IMG/VR virus record: IMGVR_UViG_3300028800_000012
Coordinates: 1 to 64,000 of that record
Direction: 5' to 3' (one strand)
Source: a virus
DNA: 64,000 bases
Below are positions 34,685-43,228 of the stretch, in pieces. Each line of letters opens with the position of its first letter. Within the stretch, counting starts at the first letter, position 1. The position numbers were made by a program, and so were the translations under genes. The notes under the pieces were generated by a model. The model was not told where the DNA came from and did no database searches. It was given only the letters and a program-made list of their open reading frames with translations.

Positions 34685-34726
34685 GGAATGCCGGTAGCTA
34701 AGTAATTGATTTTGCGCGAGAGACGA

Positions 34727-35536
34727 ATGGGAAAAGACGAGAACGGGCTAGCAACATTCGGGGCAATCAGTGCCAATTCTGTGCCACCTTGGCAGCCGCC
34801 TCCGGGGCCGAATGTCCCGACGCTTGGCGCATACATCCGTGAGTTCAAAACCCTCCGCTGGTATCGCCTGCAAGGTCGGCGTGATCGGCATAAGGGATGG
34901 GTGTACTTCATCAGCGATGGCACAGCGGTCAAGGTCGGCTTTGCCCGGTCTGTGCCGCATCGCCTCAAGGCCCTACAGACCTCGCATCACGTCCCGCTCA
35001 AGGTGATCGCCCGATTCAGGGGATCGTTCGACGACGAGAATTCAGTACACCACCACTTGCGATCGGACCGCATTCGCCGCGAATGGTTCAAGCGAACGCC
35101 CGCAATGGACGCGCTTATCGCCAGCCTGCGCATCCTCGAAAGCCCGGTTGCGTATGGCGTGCTCTCAATCAGCGACGTGCTCGACAGACGGCGTATGGAG
35201 GAACTCATGGACGTATTGCGTAGCGACACGCGACGGAAAATCCAGCCGGTGATCAAAGCGAAGCCGGTGCCAAAGCCAAAGGCCATCAGCCGCAGGAAGG
35301 AATGCAAGGCGCTTGCCGACCAGATCGCCGCGCAGGCGAAGCCATATCTTGACGAGATGCCGGCGGAGCTGCGGCGCGTCGTAAGGCACGCCGAACTATC
35401 GGCGCGGTTCAGCATGGCGTCCAAAGCCTTCACATATCCCGGCTGCGTCCAGAACTACGTCAAGGCCGATCTAGCGGCCTACGCGGCACAATTCCCGGCC
35501 TGGCTGGCCGGGCGCAACGCCCTACCCGCCGCTTGA
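34727..35536 (+). CDS. T5orf172 (GIY-YIG-like) domain protein
   Basis: GWVYFISDGTAVKVGFARSVPHRLKALQTS...ENSVHHHLRSDRIRREWFK fits the T5orf172/MUG113 pattern. ATG at 34727 behind GAGAG. Confidence 0.6.
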   Translation: MGKDENGLATFGAISANSVPPWQPPPGPNVPTLGAYIREFKTLRWYRLQGRRDRHKGWVYFISDGTAVKVGFARSVPHRLKALQTSHHVPLKVIARFRGSFDDENSVHHHLRSDRIRREWFKRTPAMDALIASLRILESPVAYGVLSISDVLDRRRMEELMDVLRSDTRRKIQPVIKAKPVPKPKAISRRKECKALADQIAAQAKPYLDEMPAELRRVVRHAELSARFSMASKAFTYPGCVQNYVKADLAAYAAQFPAWLAGRNALPAA

Positions 35537-35746
35537 ATGACTGAACGGAGAGACGCGATGGTGCGGGTAATCGAGAGGACATATACGCTGACGCCCCGTG
35601 ACGTGAACGAGGCGATCGTCGCTTGGCTCAAGGCCAAGAACCTGCCGGAACCGGAGTATGTTGGAAGTGCTGGGACAACCAAGTGGACGCGTCTCGACGA
35701 CGGCAGTGTGAAGGTCGAGTGGATCGAAAAAGACGAACTTCCATAA
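35537..35746 (+). CDS. Hypothetical protein (69 aa)
   Basis: Track ORF. The start abuts the previous stop. Confidence 0.45.
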   Translation: MTERRDAMVRVIERTYTLTPRDVNEAIVAWLKAKNLPEPEYVGSAGTTKWTRLDDGSVKVEWIEKDELP

Positions 35747-35787
35747 ACAAGAGCCAGCAGCGATAAGCTTGGAGTGACTATGGGCTC

Positions 35788-36021
35788 CTATCTTGACTCG
35801 GCCACCTTGCGGCCGGCCTCGGTTAAAGACACGCGATCCGCGTCAACATCGACCAGCGGCGGTTCGAGCATCGCGAGGTCTATCAGGCGTTGGCGCATGG
35901 GTTCGCTGACGTGCCGAAGGTCATACGAACCGAGCACAGAAAGTTGACGCAGAACGGCCCGGTGCATCCCGCGGTTTACCGACAGGCTCATTTGGTCAAT
36001 GTCACTGAGCGTTTCGGCCAT
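35788..36021 (-). CDS. Hypothetical protein (77 aa)
   Basis: Track ORF. Confidence 0.45.
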   Translation of the reverse strand: MAETLSDIDQMSLSVNRGMHRAVLRQLSVLGSYDLRHVSEPMRQRLIDLAMLEPPLVDVDADRVSLTEAGRKVAESR

Positions 36022-36248
36022 TTCGTAAGCCGCTCATCACTTAGGTTTTGTCTTGCGGACCCATTTCGGCCCGCGATTGGATTTGGGCCGATCCTTAACG
36101 ATTTGAACAAGATCGCCGCCGCGCTGAATGCGCGCGGCGTCGTGGTGCGGTGATGAACGCCAGCGTCGCCGCAATGATTGTCGCGATCCCGATCTTGATC
36201 GTCCTCGCCATGCTCGGAAATCCATTCATTCACTAGGGAGATCATCTG

Positions 36249-36458
36249 ATGAAATTGACAGCAAAATCCGTGCCGTATTCGAGCGTCGTGGGTGGCTCTG
36301 TCGCCATTCACGACGAAAAGGGGGCGGTCGTCGCGCTGATAATGGTGTCCATTCCCGACCCGAGCCGAGACTACAAGGCGACGGCCACGCCGATCATCGA
36401 GCATATCGTGAAGGCGATGAATGCTGATCCGCTCGAACTGCCTGATCTGGAGGGCTGA
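36249..36458 (+). CDS. Hypothetical protein (69 aa)
   Basis: Track ORF. Confidence 0.5.
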   Translation: MKLTAKSVPYSSVVGGSVAIHDEKGAVVALIMVSIPDPSRDYKATATPIIEHIVKAMNADPLELPDLEG

Positions 36459-36459
36459 C

Positions 36460-36846
36460 ATGCTCTGCAAAAAAGCCAGCAATCAATTGACACTTGGCGA
36501 ACTGATCGACGCGCTGAAGCGATGCAATCAGGACGCCTCGATCAACTTCGATTTTTGCATGTTCGTCCCGGCCGGGCTTCGCAGCTATCGCGGCTACTAT
36601 GAAGACCTCGCGCTTGGCTTCGAGACAGGAGATCGCGGATACGACATGCGCAAGGTCGGTTCGCTTGTCGGCCACCTTGAGGATTGCATGTATGCGCTCT
36701 TTGAAGGCTACAAGGGCGGGCACTACCGCGCCCGGCGCGATACCCCGATGTGGGTCGATAACAGCGGCGACGCCAGCGGGACCGCCATCGTCGGCGTGAA
36801 GGACTTCGGCCATTGGGTGGCGATCCAGACGGAGGCAATCGAATGA
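36460..36846 (+). CDS. Hypothetical protein (128 aa)
   Basis: Internal ATG right after the previous stop (MLCKKASNQLTLGELIDALK...). Confidence 0.5.
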   Translation: MLCKKASNQLTLGELIDALKRCNQDASINFDFCMFVPAGLRSYRGYYEDLALGFETGDRGYDMRKVGSLVGHLEDCMYALFEGYKGGHYRARRDTPMWVDNSGDASGTAIVGVKDFGHWVAIQTEAIE

Positions 36847-37118
36847 TCACGAACAAATTCAAGCAAGGCGACCGTGTGAAGCTCGTCCGCCGTCATCCGT
36901 TCCAGGGAATGTGCGGGCTGAAGGACAACATGCTTGGTGCGAAGGGCGTCGTAGAAGGACCCGATCTTCGCGAGGCTGGTGCGCAAGAGGCGTGGCTGAT
37001 CGTGCGCTTCCGGCACCCGATCAGCCTTCGGCTTTTCTCGCCGACCGTTGCCGAGTGCATGCTGGATCGCGACGAAGGCGATGGACGGGTGGTTATCATC
37101 CCGGCGGGGGTGAAGTGA
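36843..37118 (+). CDS. Hypothetical protein (91 aa)
   Basis: ATGA-coupled internal ATG (MITNKFKQGDRVKLV...). Confidence 0.5.
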   Translation: MITNKFKQGDRVKLVRRHPFQGMCGLKDNMLGAKGVVEGPDLREAGAQEAWLIVRFRHPISLRLFSPTVAECMLDRDEGDGRVVIIPAGVK

Positions 37119-37465
37119 TGCTCGGCTGTCCACATTGCGGCGCGCTCGGCACTTACGATTGCGCGCCGGATTGCCCGCGACGCATCGAGCCGCCGCCCGA
37201 ATGCTTCATCGTCTGGTCGTCGGCCGAAGCCAAGGAGGCCTTCGATATGATGGTGGAGGAAATGACGCTGGCTTTCTCAATCCCGCGTCCGCTTCTGAAT
37301 GCGGGCGAGGCCGCCATCCGAGCGCGCCTTGAGCGCGCTGCTCAAGAGACTGAGAAGCTTCGCAAGATGCTGATCGACCACTACGGCGAGCACATCACCA
37401 TCATGTTGAAGGCGGAGGCCGAAGCGGCGCATGCGGCGCTCGGTCTGCCGATTGAGAAACTGTGA
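37118..37465 (+). CDS. Hypothetical protein (115 aa)
   Basis: ATG overlapping the previous TGA (MLGCPHCGALGTYDCAPDCP...). Confidence 0.5.
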   Translation: MLGCPHCGALGTYDCAPDCPRRIEPPPECFIVWSSAEAKEAFDMMVEEMTLAFSIPRPLLNAGEAAIRARLERAAQETEKLRKMLIDHYGEHITIMLKAEAEAAHAALGLPIEKL

Positions 37466-37788
37466 TGTCGTGGATCGACGAGCACTGGTGTAAGGCGCGC
37501 GAGAAAATCAGGGCACGACATGCCGCCCTGGCCGCGCGCGGACTGAATGCGTTCGGCGATCTGCTCGGTACGGACTATGGATACAAGCGCGTGACGCTGA
37601 ACACCCTACAGCGCGTGCTCGCGGCCTACGGCAGCCAGCGTGACGACATTGGCGACTCGGATTTGGACAACGAGCAGCCGATCAGCCTGAACGTCTATCT
37701 GACCTTGGGCGACATTCGGAAGGCGCGGCGAGCGGTCATGCAAGCGGGCCACCGCCCTGCCGATTTCACCACACGCCCGCGCGAGTAG
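37462..37788 (+). CDS. Hypothetical protein (108 aa)
   Basis: Track ORF, ATGA-coupled. Confidence 0.5.
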   Translation: MMSWIDEHWCKAREKIRARHAALAARGLNAFGDLLGTDYGYKRVTLNTLQRVLAAYGSQRDDIGDSDLDNEQPISLNVYLTLGDIRKARRAVMQAGHRPADFTTRPRE

Positions 37789-37800
37789 AGATACCCCGCC

Positions 37801-38022
37801 ATGTCGATCCACACTTATGTCGCCGCTCCAAGCTTGATCTACGCCCTAGTCGATGATCGGGCAGAGTTCGACAAGATCAATCGGCCGGCAACAGATGCGG
37901 GCGAGAACGCGGAAACCGGTGGTCACGTCGTCTTCAAGAGCGTTGTTCAGGAGGGTTGTCACGTCGTGTTCCAGCACTGGATCAAGCAACCGAAACGAGA
38001 GGCTGCGCCTCGCGCAGAATAG
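37801..38022 (+). CDS. Hypothetical protein (73 aa)
   Basis: Track ORF. Confidence 0.45.
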   Translation: MSIHTYVAAPSLIYALVDDRAEFDKINRPATDAGENAETGGHVVFKSVVQEGCHVVFQHWIKQPKREAAPRAE

Positions 38023-38029
38023 GCCGCTT

Positions 38030-38527
38030 ATGCGAAAGCCCACAAAACCGCCGCCGCGCTCGTCTAGCGGGCGTGCATTCTCCTACAAGGCAATGACGCA
38101 GATCAACGTCAATGTCCCGCATGACCTGCATCCCGCGTCGAAAGAGTTGGTACAGCACTTTGCGGCGGCTATTGCCGACAAGTTGCGCCAAGCGGAGGTG
38201 AAATACGGCTACCGCGACGGTTGGAAAACTGAGCCATGGGAAATTGAGTGCCGGTCGCAACTTTACCGGCACGCCGACAAGGGCGATCCTTGCGACGTGG
38301 CTATCTACGCCGCCTTTTGTTGGGCGCGTGGTTGGACAACGCGAGCGGGTGGCATTCTCAAGCTGGTCTGGAATTTCGAGACCGAACGCTTGCGCCGCAA
38401 GATCGAAACAATCGCGACGTACCCTGACGAGGACAACGAATGGGACGGCCGCGACAGGTTTCACGAGTGCCGAGAGATCGCACGCGAGGCACTCAAGGAG
38501 GAGGTTGGCTCTACGGAGTCAAAATAG
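38030..38527 (+). CDS. Possible dATP/dGTP diphosphohydrolase-like (MazG-related) protein
   Basis: Internal ATG, with 38093 as an alternative. AIADKLRQAEVKYGYRDGW...GDPCDVAIYAAF resembles the N-terminal dATP/dGTP pyrophosphohydrolase domain as I recall it. Confidence 0.35.
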   Translation: MRKPTKPPPRSSSGRAFSYKAMTQINVNVPHDLHPASKELVQHFAAAIADKLRQAEVKYGYRDGWKTEPWEIECRSQLYRHADKGDPCDVAIYAAFCWARGWTTRAGGILKLVWNFETERLRRKIETIATYPDEDNEWDGRDRFHECREIAREALKEEVGSTESK

Positions 38528-38533
38528 GCCGCG

Positions 38534-38680
38534 ATGAAATCGCGGCATGACTTGATGGACCGGCTGAAGGAACTGGACGACAGGATCACCGCTGTCGAAC
38601 AGTGGGGCGCAGCCCTGACCGCGATGGAGGAGGAGCGCCGCAGCATCCTTCGCGCGCTCAACGAGCCAGAGGAGAATTAG
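38534..38680 (+). CDS. Small coiled-coil protein (48 aa)
   Basis: My translation: MKSRHDLMDRLKELDDRITAVEQWGAALTAMEEERRSILRALNEPEEN. Confidence 0.35.
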   Translation: MKSRHDLMDRLKELDDRITAVEQWGAALTAMEEERRSILRALNEPEEN

Positions 38681-38685
38681 TCCCG

Positions 38686-38931
38686 ATGCTCGAAACTCAC
38701 GACTTACACCTCGAAATCGCGGCGGCGAAGGATCGAATGGCCGAACAGCGCGGCACAATCCGCGACCTGACAACCGCCCTCGAAAACCGGAACGGTGCTC
38801 TCGCGCAGATCGCCGATATGCCGTTCACGATGGTCAACGACGCTGACAGTCTGCGGCACATGATCAAGACCATGCAGAACATTGCAATGGTCGCACTCGA
38901 TAGCGTCTGCGGCGTTGGGGGCAGCCCTTAG
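38686..38931 (+). CDS. Hypothetical protein (81 aa)
   Basis: Internal ATG (MLETHDLHLEIAAAKDRMAEQ...). Confidence 0.45.
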   Translation: MLETHDLHLEIAAAKDRMAEQRGTIRDLTTALENRNGALAQIADMPFTMVNDADSLRHMIKTMQNIAMVALDSVCGVGGSP

Positions 38932-38934
38932 GTA

Positions 38935-39294
38935 CTATCTCCTTCCCGACCCCCGCTGGTTTCTTTTCCGTTTTTTCTTCGTGGGGAGTGATTTTATAAG
39001 CCAATCTATGAATTCGGGATTGTCGCGTATAAAGCTCGCGAGCTGTATGGAGAGAAGCGTGACAAGACGCTCCTCCTCCTTTTCGTCAGTGCTATAGCCG
39101 CTGACGTATAGCAGGCCATGTAGGCATTCGTGCAGGGCGCATTCTGCTGCCTGATTTCTATTGGCCCACCTGTCTCTAAAACGAATTGCGTGATTATCGT
39201 AATCGCACTCGCCCCAGTCTTCTGAGTCGGGCGCGATTTCTTCTATTTTGAAATCATACGGGCCGATGCGGAGAGAGCGGACGGGGAGCGTCAT
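38935..39294 (-). CDS. Small HExxH zinc-metallopeptidase-like protein
   Basis: ALHECLHGLLY (HExxH) with a downstream Glu-rich segment. Basic tail KKKRKRNQRGSGRR. The gene is visibly AT-richer than its surroundings. Confidence 0.5.
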   Translation of the reverse strand: MTLPVRSLRIGPYDFKIEEIAPDSEDWGECDYDNHAIRFRDRWANRNQAAECALHECLHGLLYVSGYSTDEKEEERLVTLLSIQLASFIRDNPEFIDWLIKSLPTKKKRKRNQRGSGRR

Positions 39295-39309
39295 TTACAA
39301 ATCACCCAG

Positions 39310-40641
39310 TCACGCAGATCGAGCCCGGTATATAGCACCTTCTTTCGGTTCGCCGCATTTCAACTCTTGGAAGTCAACGATTCCCTTTTCATTGTGAACG
39401 ACGATCATATTCTGCTTCGACTCTTCCGGGTCGGCCTTCAAGTCTCTGGAATATTCAGATGGGCCGACGAGAGAGCCATTGCTGAATGCGCGCGGTAATT
39501 TGGATGTCGTGTGGAAGTGGCCGACGAGAACATAATCGATGATAATGCCTTGCGCGGCATAATATGATCGCGTCTTGGCAACGCCGCGGAGGATCGTCGC
39601 AATCGGGCCGACAAACCCCTGCCCGCCCCTTGAACCGATCCTGTCTCCGTGCGCTGCGCAGAAGGTCAGACCATACACCCGAAAGATGGCATCGCCGGAC
39701 TTGGGGTAGAAGAATCGAACGCCCTTTGTGCCGTCGAGCGTGACGACCATTTCGACGACCTGCGTAATCAGGGTATCGAAGGAGTTGGATGCCATCCCCT
39801 TTGACTGCGGCTTTAACGTTAGGCGGCCATGGTTGCCTGGCAAGCTATAGATATCGATCGGCGCGATTTCGCGCAGGAGTTTGACAAGCCCGGCCAGAAT
39901 CTGCGCACATTCCCGTACAGCCGGCGCAGACAGCGCATCGTTTGTCTGTGCGAGTTCCGCGTGAATCTCTCCGGTCAACATGTCGCCGCCGAATATTAAA
40001 ATAATGCGCTCCGGAGGCTTCCCCTTCCAATGGGTTGTCAGGAGTTCTTTTGCGGCATTCCCGAGCCGGCCGACACGAGATCGGAATATCCCGAGGTTGT
40101 ACGAGTTAAGCCCCTCCATCTCGTCAATGTCGACAACCTCTCCGCAATGCCAGTCAGACAGATGGACGATGACGGTGCGATTGCCGGGAGTGCTCTTAAC
40201 GGCGGGAATATCGAGATGCGGGCGCAGTGGCGGCGATATGAGTTTAAGAACGCCAGCGCGGATATCCTGCGCTTCTATGAGGGCGTCTCGTAGGCGCTTT
40301 ATTTCTGCTGCGTTGTCTCTATCGCTGCGTTTCCGCCGCTCGGCGTCGACCTGGGCGGCAATGTCGCCAATTCCTCCTACGGACGGCACCTTATAGAGCG
40401 ACCAGTCCGGTTTTAATTTGAAGCGGCGCCAGAGGCTTCCTTCTTCGGCCGGCGTTCCGACGCGGGACCGGAAAGCCATTCTGTTTGCCTTACGGTCTAA
40501 CGCTGCGGCAGATATCGCGGACCTTTCCGTCGTTCTTCCAGCCACGCCGGTCGGGTGTTTCCCAGACTTAAGGTGTTTTTCTACGGCCGAAATATCGCGT
40601 TCCGCCTCTCGTCGTTCAGCACTTCCATGCCGATTTGACAA
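39310..40641 (-). CDS. Calcineurin-like metallophosphoesterase with an N-terminal extension
   Basis: Motifs in order: HLSDWHCG (DxH), FGGDMLTG (GD), LPGNHG (GNH), AAHGD, VGHFH (GHxH). 443 aa. Confidence 0.8.
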   Translation of the reverse strand: MSNRHGSAERREAERDISAVEKHLKSGKHPTGVAGRTTERSAISAAALDRKANRMAFRSRVGTPAEEGSLWRRFKLKPDWSLYKVPSVGGIGDIAAQVDAERRKRSDRDNAAEIKRLRDALIEAQDIRAGVLKLISPPLRPHLDIPAVKSTPGNRTVIVHLSDWHCGEVVDIDEMEGLNSYNLGIFRSRVGRLGNAAKELLTTHWKGKPPERIILIFGGDMLTGEIHAELAQTNDALSAPAVRECAQILAGLVKLLREIAPIDIYSLPGNHGRLTLKPQSKGMASNSFDTLITQVVEMVVTLDGTKGVRFFYPKSGDAIFRVYGLTFCAAHGDRIGSRGGQGFVGPIATILRGVAKTRSYYAAQGIIIDYVLVGHFHTTSKLPRAFSNGSLVGPSEYSRDLKADPEESKQNMIVVHNEKGIVDFQELKCGEPKEGAIYRARSA

Positions 40642-40679
40642 GCAGTTACCTATTGCGTTGTCGCGGGAATAGATCAGTT

Positions 40680-40997
40680 CTACTGACGGACGTCAGAGCT
40701 GCGCCGGACAAGGGCCTTCACGTCGCCCTTGATCTCGGAAATGTCGCTCCGGATCGTGTCAATGAAGGCTTCGACACGGCTCATGCGGTCGGTCATCGTC
40801 GGCGGGACTAATGCTACGGCCTTGTCCTGCTCTAGCCGCTCAACTCTTGTGTTGATCGCCGAGGCCCACCAAATCCCCGCCGCCGTCTGCGCCGCGACGG
40901 CCAAGATGATCGAAATGTTCACCCGCTTATCGAGGTGCCACTGTTTATCCTCACTCACCTCACGCGCCCCTTGCGGCAGAAGTGATTCGCGTAACAA
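40680..40997 (-). CDS. Membrane-anchored coiled-coil protein (105 aa)
   Basis: One TM segment (ISIILAVAAQTAAGIWWA) followed by a helical region. Downstream of the lysis genes. Confidence 0.45.
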   Translation of the reverse strand: MLRESLLPQGAREVSEDKQWHLDKRVNISIILAVAAQTAAGIWWASAINTRVERLEQDKAVALVPPTMTDRMSRVEAFIDTIRSDISEIKGDVKALVRRSSDVRQ

Positions 40998-41079
40998 ACT
41001 TCATCAGCCATTTGCGGCCTCCTGTGCCGTAGACGGTCAGGGTCGGCGCGACGGCTGCAATCCGACGCGCTGGCCCGCC

Positions 41080-41367
41080 TCATTGTTTCTTGGAATAGAT
41101 TCCACGAATGCGAGAATTGCATTTGTTGCCGGCGACGATGCGGGTATTAGCCTGACCTAATGCGGCAGCATACTTGCCAGACCGCACGCCTAAATCCTCG
41201 CCGCGCACGACCGGAGGATACGGAACAGGCTCCTGGTCGCAATCAGTTGGCAGCACGACAGCCTGCGGCAGAGTCCCCAATGATGTTGCACAGCCGCCGG
41301 TCATCATCAGGAGAGGCGCGACGACAAGCGGCAACAGTCGCCGATAGGGCCTGTACCGAACTCTCAT
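41080..41367 (-). CDS. Outer-membrane spanin (lipoprotein), overlapping the i-spanin gene
   Basis: Internal ATG gives MRVRYRPYRRLLPLVVAPLLMMTGGCATS, a lipobox-like signal. The start lies inside the 3' part of 41243..41755 in another frame. Confidence 0.55.
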   Translation of the reverse strand: MRVRYRPYRRLLPLVVAPLLMMTGGCATSLGTLPQAVVLPTDCDQEPVPYPPVVRGEDLGVRSGKYAAALGQANTRIVAGNKCNSRIRGIYSKKQ

Positions 41368-41755
41368 AGTCGGCAATCCTTTCATCAGATTCTTTCTTCT
41401 GTTTGGCGAGCGCGGTTGCTTCGTCTGCTTTTTCTTTTGCCGCCGCTTTTTGTGCATTCAGATCGCGGGTAAGATTCGCAATCTGCAGTTCATAATTCTT
41501 CTGCTTCCATGCGGCTTCACAGCGGGAAGCGCCGATGCTCTCGCGATACGTGCCATAGCCGAAAGCGACCCCTCCGATCACAAGCGCGTATCCGCCGTAG
41601 CGCAGGGGGCGAAGCAGCCACGCGACCGGGTTCGCCGGTGGCAAATCGAAGAACGCCGACAGATACACACCAGCCGCTATTGCAAGCCCGGCGAATATGT
41701 AATCCGCGCCGATGCCGAGCCATTCCGCAACGGCATACGAGAGAACCCAGGACAT
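41243..41755 (-). CDS. Inner-membrane spanin-like protein
   Basis: N-terminal TM segments, then a Lys/Ala/Glu coiled coil (LQIANLTRDLNAQKAAAKEKADEATALAKQKKESDE). Downstream of the endolysin. Confidence 0.55.
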   Translation of the reverse strand: MSWVLSYAVAEWLGIGADYIFAGLAIAAGVYLSAFFDLPPANPVAWLLRPLRYGGYALVIGGVAFGYGTYRESIGASRCEAAWKQKNYELQIANLTRDLNAQKAAAKEKADEATALAKQKKESDERIADYESSVQALSATVAACRRASPDDDRRLCNIIGDSAAGCRAAN

Positions 41756-41764
41756 GGTGCTTGT

Positions 41765-42706
41765 CTACGATTGCCAGAGGATTTGATATTTTGCCCGAAA
41801 CAATTTCAGAACGTGGCGGACGTGGTCGCGGTTGATCTTGTAGAAACTCTGCCCGCCATAGGCTTTCTGTGGTGTTTTCGATTTGAGCGAATGCGTTTCG
41901 ACGTGGCCGAACCAGCGGGTCTGATCGCAGCCTGGCGAATTCGCGCACAGGCGCCGATCCTGTAACAGTCCGCCAAGCCCGCCGTTGTAGGAGGCGTCTG
42001 TGAACGCCCATCGGTCCTCTTGCGTCGCGGCCGGCGGCACCCTGCCCCACAAGGCTTTGACCATTTCGACGATGGCGGCGAGCTGGTAGCCGGGATCGTA
42101 CCGGTCCTCCCACCGCCATTCGGACAGGGCGGCGTATTTACGCCGGAGGTTGTTGAACTCGTTGAACCGTTCGGAGCCGTCCGGGTTATAGGCGACGGTA
42201 ATCTGCCCTAGACCGAACCCGTATTCGCGGGAGGTCTTTAATTCGGCTCTGGCATTCCAGCATTGTCGACCCTTTGGGCAAGGACCGGTTTCCTGCTCGA
42301 TCATGCCGGCGAGCGTCCACGGCTCCGGCGCATCTGCCCAGAGACTGCGCTGGCGGTCGGCGAGGATCGGGCCGTATTCTGTCGCCCGTGGCGGGAGGCG
42401 GCTTAGATCGCGTTTAGAAGGCTGTATGTTCGCTTTTTGTTCTGACCGGGGCACGGGTAGCGGGGATGCCGCCGGAGGCGGTTCCGCGGGCTTCTCTGGG
42501 GCAATTGGCGGCTGAATGGGTTCCGGCGGCGGGGTCGGGACCGGAGGCGGCTTGGTTTCCGGCGGCTCGGGCGCGACCGGTACAGGCGGGGGCTGGACGG
42601 GCGGTGCGACTGACGGTTCCGGTCGTAGGACTTGATAGGCCCACAGGGCGGCCATCAGTAATGCAACGGCGGCAATGCCGCCGACCGCCCACCAGCGGGA
42701 GTCCAT
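41765..42706 (-). CDS. Endolysin: lytic transglycosylase with an N-terminal signal-anchor and Pro-rich linker
   Basis: N-terminal TM (WWAVGGIAAVALLMAALWAY), a Pro-rich spacer, then MIEQETG, GFGLGQIT and ASYNGG in an SLT-like arrangement. Confidence 0.65.
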   Translation of the reverse strand: MDSRWWAVGGIAAVALLMAALWAYQVLRPEPSVAPPVQPPPVPVAPEPPETKPPPVPTPPPEPIQPPIAPEKPAEPPPAASPLPVPRSEQKANIQPSKRDLSRLPPRATEYGPILADRQRSLWADAPEPWTLAGMIEQETGPCPKGRQCWNARAELKTSREYGFGLGQITVAYNPDGSERFNEFNNLRRKYAALSEWRWEDRYDPGYQLAAIVEMVKALWGRVPPAATQEDRWAFTDASYNGGLGGLLQDRRLCANSPGCDQTRWFGHVETHSLKSKTPQKAYGGQSFYKINRDHVRHVLKLFRAKYQILWQS

Positions 42707-43029
42707 CAGGGCTTGCCAAACAGTGCAAACGACAGCGCAATCGCCGACACGACAAGCCCGATAGTCAGCACAACCAGACCGGCGCCGACGTTACCCTTTT
42801 TTGCCTCGTCGACATGCTCGGTAAGACTGATTTGCGGCAGGATGTGCCGGGAGCCGATGACGGCGAGGCCGACGAAAATCCCCGCCTGCAGCGACCAGAG
42901 GAACACTGTCTTGATCATCGGCGGGTCGATGAGAAAAACGGTGCCGGCACATAACCCGATCAGAACCCACGCGCGCGGGTCATGGAACGGGGCGATGAAT
43001 GCGCGAATGCGCGAGACGATATCTGCCAT
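42706..43029 (-). CDS. Holin-like membrane protein
   Basis: 107 aa with three or four TM segments, immediately upstream of the endolysin. Confidence 0.55.
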   Translation of the reverse strand: MADIVSRIRAFIAPFHDPRAWVLIGLCAGTVFLIDPPMIKTVFLWSLQAGIFVGLAVIGSRHILPQISLTEHVDEAKKGNVGAGLVVLTIGLVVSAIALSFALFGKP

Positions 43030-43041
43030 GAGAATCCCATT

Positions 43042-43227
43042 CTACTCTTGTGAGGGCGGATCGTTTTCGACAGGCACCGGGGCGGCCCGGTAATCCCAGC
43101 CATCGCGCGCTTTGATCTCAGCAATGTGCGCCGAGATTTCCACCTCGGTACCGTCGAAATGCATGCCGGTGGGCTCATAGTCGCCAGCACTCTCCGGCGA
43201 TCTCCGCTCGATCAGCACTTTAGCCAT
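43042..43227 (-). CDS. Hypothetical protein (61 aa)
   Basis: Track ORF. Confidence 0.4.
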   Translation of the reverse strand: MAKVLIERRSPESAGDYEPTGMHFDGTEVEISAHIAEIKARDGWDYRAAPVPVENDPPSQE

Positions 43228-43228
43228 T

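Noticed and set aside
34638-34715. Intact tRNA-Pro gene
   Set aside because: Only the 3' 47 nt are tRNA-like. The 5' acceptor strand complementary to CACTCCG and a D-arm are missing, and the 5' side of the anticodon stem has a mismatch.
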